From: Trichoplax adhaerens
Lineage: Eukaryota; Animalia; Placozoa
Assembly: GCF_000150275.1 (NCBI RefSeq)
Contig: NW_002060943.1
Coordinates: forward strand, 3,189,264-3,253,263
Direction: 5' to 3'
Length of the DNA stretch: 64,000 bases
The notes beneath the pieces are model-generated. The model made no database searches and was not told the origin of the DNA. It saw only the letters and a program-made list of their open reading frames with translations. Positions 27,127-38,849 of the stretch are shown here, piece by piece. Position 1 is the stretch's first letter; each line of letters starts with the position of its first letter. The position numbers were made by a program, and so were the translations under genes.

Positions 27127-27727
27127 AGTCAATGGGCCTTCTGTGCATATTAAATGACTATCGATATTGGCTGTGGATAGCCTTATTCAATTTTACAGAC
27201 CACTGCGCTAGACCTTCGGTGAAAGCGTCGGAACTATGCTATAAAATGAGCTAGTCTAGCGTGGCCTGGAGAATGCTATCCTATCTATCCTATTTCGGTT
27301 AAGTTGAAGGAGAGTCAATGGGCCTTCTTTGTATATCAAATGACTATCGATATTGGCTATCGATGGGATGGGATAGCCTTATTCAATTTTACAGACCACT
27401 GCGCTAGACCTTCGGTGAAAGCGTCGGAACTATGCTATAAAATGAGCTAGCCTAGTCTAGCCTGGTCTGGAGAATGCTATCCTATCCTACTTCGGTTAAG
27501 TTGAAGGAGAGTAAATGGGCCTTCTATCACTGATCATGAATTCTATGTATATCAAATGACTATCGATATTGGCTGTCGATGGGATAGGATAGGCTTATCC
27601 AATTTTACAGACCACAGGGCTAGACCTTTGGTGAAAGCGTCGGAACTATGCTATAAAATAAGCTAGCCTAGCCTAGCCTGGCCTGCAGAGTTGGAAAATG
27701 CTATCCTATCCTATTTCACTTAAGTTC
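27127..27727. repeat. Three tandem ~190-bp units, each containing an internal inverted repeat (fold-back/MITE-like)
   Basis: Units start with agtcaatgggccttct at about 27127, 27313 and 27510. In copy 3 the left arm 27581-27625 is imperfectly complementary to 27671-27713. Confidence 0.85.
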
Positions 27728-28719
27728 GGTCAATTGAAAATGTATTCTCTGTACACTGAGTGTACAGAATAGTGCAAATTTCAAGATTAAAAAATTGCAG
27801 TGGTGAAGTTTGTAAAAACAATCTTTATTATATACAATACTGCGCTTGGATGTTTTATCCTTTTTCTCATCACTGTAGAGTGGACATAGGGTAACCGAAT
27901 CTTTGCCATATCGAAATGGCACTTGGGATGAGTTGGGCTTTAAACGAGAATCAATCAATGCCGAGTCATGAAGTGAATACTTGTAGTGAGCAAGAAGCAA
28001 GCATACTCTTTTTACGCGTAGAATGGTCAATATATTGACAGCACTGTAATGCATGCTGTTTTTGCGACATTACGCTGAGATTTGAATCGGTAATATTGTA
28101 TAGATAGAGATGGCATCTATCCGAGTAGACAGTTATTTAGAATGTTGATGTTTACTTCCAACATTATACGTCGTATAAGTTTGTTACGAGTTTCGGTCAA
28201 CGCGCTTCTACGCGTAAAACTCATTCTTATGGCATATTGATTGATTATTATTTTTATTATTGACTTTGACATTGGCCGTGACGTATCTCTGCCACAGCTC
28301 TCTGGATTAAACTGTTGCATAGGGTAGATGTATTCTAACGCCGTTTAATTTATTTATGAATGGCTTGCCTCTATCCAGACCACACTGTCATTTTTTTGCC
28401 AATTGCCCGTGACATATCTCCTCCCACTGCTCCCATACGGTTCTATCGATGATGAGGCCTTACCCTGCAATGAATGCTTTGCATCTATTGGGACAACATT
28501 GATTTGATTATCCTTGGAAATAGGATGCAAAGACAGTCATTGACAGAGACGGCATTTCATTTTAAAGTAATTCCTTTTTAGCCTTGAACCATTGATTCAT
28601 TTTATAGTGATGAAGTTTTACAAGCAAATTGGCACAATTATTTCGCACACGACGATCCAAGATATCGACACCGAATAGTCCATCCATTACTCTCCTAGGA
28701 TACAGATGTGCCTATTAGC

Positions 28720-29692
28720 ACGTCAACAGAAGGCATCAATATACTCATCCAATCGATCTACGAATAGCCAGCCTGTCGATTGAAGTATATCCTAGTTGTA
28801 TTTTTAGTCGGTGCTGGTTGTTGATCGATGCTCTTTGCATATCCCTTCGTTTATAGTCACGACCATCATCCTCTATAAATCTCCCACCCGTCTAGTGACA
28901 TCAACAGAAGGTATTAACATTCTCATCCATCGATCTACGAATAGACTGTCGATTGAAGTATATCCTAGTCGGATTGATGGTTGCTGATCGATGCTCTTTG
29001 CATATCCCTTCGTTCATAGTCATGACCATCATCCTCTCTAAATCTCCCGCCCGTCTAGTGACATCAACAGAAGGTATTAACATTCTCATCCATCGATCTA
29101 CGAATAGACTGTCGATTGAAGTATATCCTAGTTGGATTGATGGTCGATGATGGTTGCTGATCGATGCTCTTTGCATATCCCTTCGTTCATAGTCATGACC
29201 ATCATCCTCTCTAAATCTCCCACCCGTCTAGTGACATCAACAGAAGGCAGCTATATCCTCATCCATCGATCTACGAATAGACTGTCGATTGAAGTATATC
29301 CTAGTCGGATTGATGGTCGATGATGGTTGCTGATCGATGCTCTTTGCATATCCCTTCGTTCATAGTCATGACCATCATTCTCTCTAAATCTCCCACCCGT
29401 CTAGTGACATCAACAGAAGGCATCCATATTCTCATCGATCGATCTACGAATAGACTGTCGATTGAAATATATCCTAGTTGTATTTTTAGTCGGTGCTGGT
29501 TGTTGATCGATGCTCTTTGCATATCCCTTCGTTTATAGTAATCACCTTCATTCTCCATAAATCTCCCACCCGTCCAGCGACATCAACAGAAGGCATCCAT
29601 ATTCTCATCGATCGATCTACGAATAGACTATCGATTGAAATATATCCTAGTCGGATTGATAGTCGATGATCGATGCTCTTTGCATATCCCTT
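28720..29692. repeat. Minisatellite, ~173-bp unit, about 5.6 copies, two subtypes
   Basis: tcaacagaagg at 28723, 28901, 29064, 29237, 29410 and 29583 (periods 178, 163, 173, 173, 173). Confidence 0.93.
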
Positions 29693-32122
29693 GCTTTTAA
29701 TAAAGGTGAACGACCGCCATGACCATCAGCCTCGACCAATCTCTCCAGTCTAGTGTCTCGTATGCGATACAGTAGTGCACGGTATCAATCGGTGTGGGAT
29801 GTGGCTGATCGTCCGTCCATACGATGCTATCGTGTCGCTCAGGGACTCGCAAGAGGAATATTCCTTTTGTTGATTGTGTCGTAGTCGCCGCTATGGCGGA
29901 TAGGACTATACTAGAGGTAAAATACAAAACCAAGGTCAACTAGATGAACAGATATAGAATTGCAAATGTTGACTTTCAGTAGAAAGAAGCCTTTCAAATT
30001 GCAATACGGTCGTATAAAGCAAAGTGGAGAAAACAACCATTGGACGTCCTTCTGTCTTGCTTGATGAGTCTCGGTCCAAATTGGATGGCTATTCCCTTGA
30101 CAATAGTGGACCTTCCCAAGGCTCAAAATAGCCCAGGAACAAAAGAAAAGTCAGCTGATCTAGTTTGACGTCACAGAAAGTCAAGGCCAGTCAGCCGATG
30201 GGCAGTGTCCCCGTGACTTGGACTTTTCCGACGACGACGTCAGGTTTGACCAGCACTGTCATGTCTTGAACGTGGCGTTGACGTCGATACTTTGACTAGG
30301 CGATTTCCCTGTTGGGGTCGGGTTGTTGTCAAGCGGTCTCACCCGCCTTCGCCTCACTCGCCTGACTGTGTGTGGCGCAGTATAGGATGACCCTGTCAAG
30401 GCAATCGATCGCCATCGACAACAACACCAACCAGCTTGGCAAAGCTTGGCCACCAATTTGTTGCAATTCTTCCTTGTCTTCTTCCATTTTATCCAGTCTC
30501 CATTGGAAAGTAGCCATGGTTAGCCATGTCTTGAGTCATTAGCTGCCAGAAAGAGTGATGTAAGTTGATCTTGATGGTAGTACAACATCATCATCAAGAG
30601 ATGATGATGTAGGCAAAAAAGGAACGACATGCAAATCCTTGCTTATCATGACGATTGATGAAAGTGCATTTTCCGACGATTCCTTTTCTATCTTGATGGG
30701 GGTTAGCATAACCTCAATTGGGCTCCTGACCATTTAATCCATGTATTTCAACATCCTATTTCACTTGTAGAATAGCAATAATTCATTCCTTTTCAACTGG
30801 TACTTCTTAGGCGATTGCAAGGTCATTCAATCCATTGCTAACGTCATTACCATGGTCGGTGATGGTAGTTTTCATTGATTTGAAAATGAGGAAAGCTTGC
30901 AGTCCAAAATGAAGGACGAGACGATCATTTCCATCCACATAAGTATAGCCATGGATTGTTTACCAACAATCCATGTTGTTGAGGATCAATACAAAATGCG
31001 ATGATAGTCTAGTAAGTTATGTTTCTTTTCTCATCATGGCCATACTGTTGTAGCCGTAGCGTTCTCCATCTTTTTCATCGCCTTTTTCCCAACACCGTAC
31101 ACAACGACTCTTCCATTCCATCACCATTCCAACATTGTTCCCTTATTGCCCATGGTCATCATCACACTACTCTCATTTTCTAGTCCTATTGCTATTTTCT
31201 ATACGCTATCCCAATCATCCATGTCGATAGAAATGGCAATCAAAGCAGTCAACACATTCAATTGATATTGCCAATGCATAACAGCAATCTTCCAAAGGCG
31301 GCGTTACTAGGCCAATTCAAAACGACATCATAAGGATGGATGGAAATCCGATGGGACGACTTCAAGTCAGAAAGGAGAACATCCAAGTTAAGCGATTATC
31401 GTACAAGCAGGAGCGAGCAAAATAGCCATAAACCAATTGCATCCAAACACAGACAACTGCTTGAAAGACTACCGTTGTACTGATCGTTGCCACCTTCCAT
31501 CGCATTCCATAAACGCTTCGAAAATACATTTGCCCAATTTCAATAAATAGACCATTTCCTTTAGGGGGCTAACACAGGGTGATTATAAATTAGTAATCAT
31601 CGTCGATAGGGTTGATACTAGTTTAGACTGCTTGTGCCATCGGATTGGACTCATCAACATCATCATGCCTATTTTCCAATATTGTTAACACACAGTCCTA
31701 CTCGACCATCATTGTTATTACTACGCCATGCTATTGACTATTATTTATTATGGTTACAATTATTCTAAACTGTAGACGAATAGTAAAAGGAGGATGCTAC
31801 TTGATGGCAAAAACAAAATGACTGTAGGAGAAATCCATTGAAAATATCGTGTCATGATAGCATTTGGTACACCCTACATTCTCCTTCCTGTTATAGTTAG
31901 CTTACACCATCCAAACTAGATGCCATTTTTGCCACTTGGCAAAGTCTAAACAACACAAAGCCATGGCGATACTGGAAATTCATTCGGCCGTCTGCCTACG
32001 TAGACATCAAGTATGGACGAAACCTACTTAAAGTACAATCACCATCATGGAAATGATGAAATACGTAGTTTGTATCTTGGATCGTAATCATTGGGTAGAG
32101 TAGGAGAGGCGACATGGAAATC

Positions 32123-32440
32123 AAAAAATGTCCACTATCATCTTTACTGTTGCCAAGTAGTTGCAAACCCCCTGGACTACTGGACTGAACATATTGTCAG
32201 AGTGAGAAAACCATGCAAAAGGAACAAGAATGATGACTTACACCATTTCTCTCGCCTTGAGTCACGATAATAAATTGACCTCTAAAAAATGTTCACTATC
32301 ATCTTCAATGTTGCCAAGTAGTTGCAAACCCCCTGGACTACTGGACTGAACATATTGTCAGAGTGAGAAAACCATGCAAAAGGAACAAGAATGATGACTT
32401 ACACTATTTCTCATGCCTTGAGTCACGATAATAAATTGAC
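32123..32440. repeat. Direct tandem duplication, 161-bp period, followed by C12/A11 homopolymers
   Basis: Near-identical copies start at 32123 and 32284. Confidence 0.9.
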
Positions 32441-34350
32441 ATTCCCCCCCCCCCCAAAAAAAAAAGGTGGATAGAATCATTCCTGCTTATGGATCAGATG
32501 CTAAAATGCTCAATGTTCACTACTGTAGTTATCATGAATTGCCGTAGTGCACTATTTGAATTCGATTCATGACTTGTTCATTTTAGCAGTAGTCAATGTA
32601 GCTGTACTTAATCACCCGCTACGACATCCAACCATGTTGCTCACCATTCAAAATGGTGAGCAATCATCCAACTATTTGGAAACGAATTATTTCACCAAAT
32701 CATCTAGCATAAGATACACTGACAAACGACAACATGGTGTGATAGTATAATATACATGATTAAGCGATGCATCAAATGCCAATCGTATTAATTAATCCAA
32801 TTGATGAATTTCCCATACGCAATTACTTGATGAGATTGACTGGAAAGTGATGACTATCCAGTCAAAAGATGAATGGATTCAAATGTAAGCTTTGCATGCT
32901 AATTTTCTCCCAACATTGACTTTGATTGTTAGACTCCCTATGGTTAATGACAGCAAGCACGCAGTGCAATGATTGCAATGGCAGTTTGTAGTAAGTTTAC
33001 TCTCATTCCATGCCTAATCATAATAATGATGATACTATTTCTCTGTCGTATCATCATACCAGTATAAAGTAACCCTCACAATATGTGGAGAATAGACGTT
33101 TGCAAATTTTCAATCCTCTTTCAGAATTGTAGTGAAATGCGCCTCCAAATGACGATACAATTTAAAAATTGAAATTGGAAGCAATTATTACACAGCATAA
33201 CATTTCTAACAGTGGTCTATACAGCCAGTATCCATCTGATCGCTAGTCGTGATAGCATATCTAATTGAAATGGATGATTTATATCCACTTTTAGCGAGTG
33301 ATGATACGATAGATCATTCAAAAGGGTGAAATGGATATCATTTCTTTTTTTTTTTTGGATACTTACCTTTGATCCATCAACGCGTAGAATTCTACTGTAC
33401 ATAGGATTACATAAAATCTTATTTTCAAAATGACTCTCGACTAACCTTTTAACCAGTGGTTGTACATAAATCATTCTATACCAACCATTGGCCTGCTGTT
33501 AAAAACAACTCATCATCTTGATAGTGTAATGCTTAGCATGATCCATAAAACTCCTACAACAGTCATCCATCCGTAAGTAACAGAGAATCCATTTCGACCT
33601 TACGGCTATCTCTCCTTATTCGGTGACTGCCATAAAATGGAAAGGATTTGCAAATATCCTACTGTGCATAGAACATCCATCAAATACCCAAATACACTTG
33701 TGATTCAATAGCAATCAAACATCATTACTCTGTCAACAACTTTTCAATACTTGTTCAACTTGCATTGCATCCACTGACAAATTGCTCAACAATTTTATCG
33801 ACATGTGGACAGTCATGAATTTCAAGTGAAAATCATTGGGTATTGCCGCCTGTAAATGGAGAGTACAATCAGTCAACATGTTATCCTAACCCAACTCCAT
33901 TTCCGTTGGCCAGCATACAGGATATCTTCCAATTCTGCATGAACATACATTGTATACGGTAACATAAGATGGAACAACAACTATATTAAGTGGTTCACTT
34001 GAAAGTGATCCACTTTATTCCACGTGTTGACGAACATATATGCCACTGCAATACCATGTGGCTTTGAAATCAATCATGGACTCTAGAATGGTGACAATCA
34101 ATTGGAGCCCAAAGTGAACGTCCATGACTGCTCCGAGAGCATATAAATAGTTGTTGCCAACGCCTTGAAGGCATTTCCAATTTGACCATCACATGATTCA
34201 CATCGCCATCCTCATCGTAATTGTTCGTCTTGACATTAACTTACTGCTAGTAGAAGAATCCAATTCGACTTTGAACGACTGATCTCATGGACATTTTTTT
34301 TAATTTCTTATATTTTAGATCCACAAAATCAAATTTCAATCAAGTTAACC

Positions 34351-37300
34351 ATGGCGTACGACGATAACAGCACATTCAGACGAAGCGTTGATGGCTGTGG
34401 CAATACTTCCGTAGACAATCATTCGGACAGTCTTGATTATAATGGAATTCTGTCTGATCTACTCTATCAGTCCGATAGGCAAACTGATCGTACAACATCA
34501 CCAATGTTGCCACTTTCCACTACTTCAACACAACAAGCGAGATTAACCAGTAATTCTAACCAGTCTACCGCTACAACAAGCAACACTAATAGTACATCTC
34601 CTATGTTAATGATTAATTCTGATAGGACAAGCAGCAATACTCATAGTCTACATCAAAAAACGACCAATTATCCGCCTCATACTAACAATCATTTTCCAAG
34701 GTACACCGATCAACTATGCCCAACTGCTCCATCTCAACACAGGATTGCTAATCTCTCAACTTATAGCCAACACGTAGGTTGCACTAATTATAATGTAGAC
34801 AATCGTGCAAGAAATAACATTTCCCATCATGATAACCAAGCTATCAATTTCAAAACCGACCGCAAGAACGCCAATGGCAGTGGCACACATCATTTAAGCA
34901 ATGATCAATCATCCCCATTTGTAGTCAATCAAGTAAATCCTCACATTCACAATCAAACATACGGTCGCTCTTATTTGTCCAGCAATACTAATAATATAGA
35001 AATGGCTTCATCCAATCTTCCTACATCCCAAGCATCGTTATGGTCGCCTGCACGTGAAATTTCAGCCAATTTAATGAATAACAGTGAGAATTTGGATCAT
35101 GCACATGTTGGTGATAATTCTATCATGGATCCTGAAGCCACTTTTAATAATCCATTTTTAATGTCAACTATGGGTAATTTTACATCTTCAATCAACGCGT
35201 TCAATGATTCTTTCCCTCGAATGCGATCTTCATATTGTAATTCATCACCATCCCATCAATCTCAGCGCCGCTATAGCAGGGAATCAACTACTTCCAGAAC
35301 TCGTGGCAACATGAAATCGCCTACTACATCACGTAACTTTAATCCCAATTTTCAATCTAGTCATTTTTCTCATCCATCACAAGATAGGTCTCTTGCCTCC
35401 AATTCTGCTAGTAGTAGCGGTAATTTGAGTGCAGTTTCAAATATGCCCACATTTGATACTTTTTCCACGTCGACAATATCCCAGTAAGTGATAGCCGTTC
35501 GTTCAATTAAGAGTATTTCACTGATATATTGTAGATAGGGTAGTAAGAAAATGATTATATTTTGCGTTATTTTGCATCACCGTATAGAGAAATACTCTTA
35601 AAAGCGTTCATTACCTTATCCCAACAGTACAATTAGGACAAGCCATGATTGTACTATTGACATCAATTTCTAATGTTTTACATCTTATTTTTTTCCCTCT
35701 GACATTAAACGATGCAGTCCTCGAGTCAAGCCGACATTAGATGTGGCTTCTGAATCGCATAGTTTGGATGTCTTGTGCGATGTAGCTAGCGAATTCTATA
35801 ATGAACAAAATGATGATTTATTCAATCTTCCGATACCTTCCACTAGCAGTAATTATGAATGTGGTACTAATGTTGAAAGATGTAAAATGCATTCAAACGG
35901 TCGTAATGCCGAATATAATGCAGATCGACAAATGGAACCATCACCTAAACGTATTCGACGGTCGAACAATCTATCTACAAGCAGTAATGCATCAGCTTCT
36001 ACAGCATCGAATAACCACCAAAGATCAGTAGCAGTAATCGTGCTAGATGATGATGGAAGTGATGATGAAGCTAGAAATAATAACAACAATACCAATCCAA
36101 TGGCTAATATCCCCACTGTGATTGATTTATGCGAGGTCAGTTTTCATGTATACCCCGATACATTATTCTGCATAAATCTGTCTTATCCCAATTGAATATG
36201 GAATTGGATCAATAAAAAATTAACAGATATAATGATGAAAATTATATCTATCCCGTAATTATTGGTTGTTAATAATAATTTGGCAATTGCTCATTGAAAT
36301 GATATTTTTGTAATGTGAATTTATAGAGTCCGCCATCGCAACATCATCGTCAAGAAGAAGAAATTGAGGTGATCTCATTACCGACGTTACCATCATCACC
36401 GCCAGTGCCATTACAACATACTACTACTACTGTTGAAAATCCTGATATTTTTTCAGTAAGATATGATCAAGAATGCTTACCTAACTTATCTGTATATAAA
36501 ATATAATTTGCATATTGTCAAGGAATTTTCTAAATTTACTAATAGTTGCAACAACTTTTACAGGATAATGCTGACGATGAAGATGTCGTTTTTACCAGAC
36601 GTGTCAATTCAACAATTTCTGATGTAAGTCTGATCGATCGATTGATTGATTGAGTAATTGATAAAGAGTTACGTTATGCCATTAGTTGAAATGTTTTAGA
36701 ATTATTTAATAAATGATATTACTTGTATAATCATTTCTATAATTTTCTATATTTAATCAATGCTACTTCTAACTTAAACGTGTCATCTTTTCATTATTAC
36801 AATAGATTGATTGCCAAAAGCGAATGATTAAACTAAACCTTAACTATAACATATCATTGTCGATTACAGCGTTTCCTTCGTAGGTTCTTATTAAACTCGG
36901 ATGATAATAGCACTGTCAGTGATGTTCCATCTTCATCGTCTAATAGTGAAGTAAATAGTGGAAATTCCTTCGGCTGGACGCAATCTGAGTCGTCACGTAT
37001 GCCAGCTACTTCACCGTTAAATTTAGGCAATCCACCATCATTTACACCACCGTATGTTTCGCATGTTTCGCATGTTTTCCGCATCCTACCACTTGGTATT
37101 CCGAGTCCTTTTCGAGTATGGTGCTTATTTTAATAAAGTTGTAATTAATAATGAAATATTTGAATAAGCTAACAATATAATCATTTTTTGCCTTTTTTAT
37201 TTTCAATTTGGACGTGATTACTTAGATCACTGTCGGCTTAGATGCTCCACATTTCAACAATAATAATAGAAGAGGTGGCCTTGAAAAGCGCAGTAAGTAA

Positions 37301-37892
37301 CTTGAAATGTTTTAATATTGTATATAGCAAGTTATGCAACTATGATAACGAGTAGAAATATATTGTAAAAACTGGAAAGTACATATATTATATTTAAGTT
37401 AGGTAATGTTAATGGTATATGTTTTTGTCTGTCAAAAATATATAGGCATAGATAATTTATCATCTCGTAGATTTGATGGAAAGGCTGATAACGATGCAAC
37501 ATCTGATACTACGTAAGTAGACACTTGTTTATACTTTACTGTCTATCTTAGTCGAATTGAAGTGTAGTATATACCTTCATGTACTAACGATCAATTTCTT
37601 CTCCCATTTCATCCAATACTAATACACTCTAGCTGTGCAATATGCATGGATGATTATAAGAAACGAGAAAAGATTCGGGAATTACCTTGTTCTCATGGTT
37701 TTCATGCACGTTGTGTTGATAAATGGCTGCGGGTGAGCGACGGGAATAATTTTGTAGCTTATTATACATGATTTATCCGATATTATGAAAATGTGTTTAT
37801 TTTATAGTTAATAGTCAATGATACTTATTTTTAACTTGTAGCAACACAATTCGTGTCCAATTTGTCGAGAAAATATCAATCCTACTGTGTAG
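34351..37892 (+). CDS. C-terminal RING-H2 E3 ubiquitin ligase with a long disordered S/N/T-rich N-terminus and multiple SIM-like motifs (Arkadia/RNF111- or RNF38/44-like)
   Basis: Exons approx. 34351-35483, 35718-36135, 36327-36455, 36564-36623, 36871-37115, ~37242-37292, 37446-37512, 37633-37732, 37842-37892. C-terminus [12 protein letters not shown]...[49 protein letters not shown] is a C3H2C3 RING-H2. The boundaries of the exon near 37240 are the least certain. Confidence 0.88.
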
Positions 37893-38849
37893 CTCCTGGT
37901 GCATCGGGCTCTGACAACGCCGTGCCCAATTAGTGACTGTGAATTAATTTTGATTTAATGTACTTGTTTTATAATTTTGTATGATAATAATATACGTACA
38001 GTACAATAACTAGTTAATGGAATAGTAGTCTTAAAATATATCCGTACAGTGGATTATTTTATAAAATTATTCGAGATATATAAAAATCAGATAATTGTAA
38101 TTATGTAGGTCTTGTCGCAGATACTTGACCATATTTTAATTTCCGTATGTCGCACAAACAGTGGTTTACTTTTATATAAGTGCGTAGAATTGTACGATTA
38201 GTATATGATCAGTTTATTTTAAAAATGTGATTTATATACTAAAGAAAGTTACATATAATATTCCATAAATAAAAGATATGCCGATTTTAGATACAGTAAT
38301 TACGTACTACATTAGTACCGGATTTGCAATCTTCGCTGGTAAATACGAGATAAGTAATCGACTAGACGGTAGTCTTTGACCTAAATAGTACTGTACTGTA
38401 TCGGCTACTGAATACTTTCAACATAACTTGAATGATTACTGTAAAATTAAGTATTTATCTATCTATCTCTCTCTCTCTCTATATGTATATGTATCAACAT
38501 AAGTACGATATCTATATATCTGATATAGTGTCCCAAGCATCATGTACGAAATCGAAATTTTTCTTAATAAAATTGTATTGCTACGCTTAAACAATAAAAT
38601 CTTAGAATTTCGAATTATTTTAGCCTAGATTTTTTATATATTTGTAGTAGCAAGACTGCGGCTGTATGTATACGTTATTAAATAGATATTACAAAATAGA
38701 AATTTCTGTACTTGAAGCAGTGGAATTAGCGTGTTATTATTAAATTAATGGTCAAATATTCTGTACAGAAGAATTTTGTTAATTACATATGCTAATGTCT
38801 GCACTCTTGGTTTCTGTAATCTTGGACCATAAGAGTATTATCGTTGACA

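Noticed and set aside
27385-27470. Possible hammerhead or twister ribozyme in the fold-back unit
   Set aside because: No CUGANGA core paired with GAAA, and no twister consensus, on either strand by eye.
28901-29558. Paired similar ORFs on both strands
   Set aside because: They arise from the 173-bp tandem repeat; the period is not a multiple of 3 and the frame is not maintained.
24840-29692. Repeat arrays considered as CRISPR-like
   Set aside because: Units are contiguous tandem copies with no unique spacers, there are no cas genes, and the context is eukaryotic.
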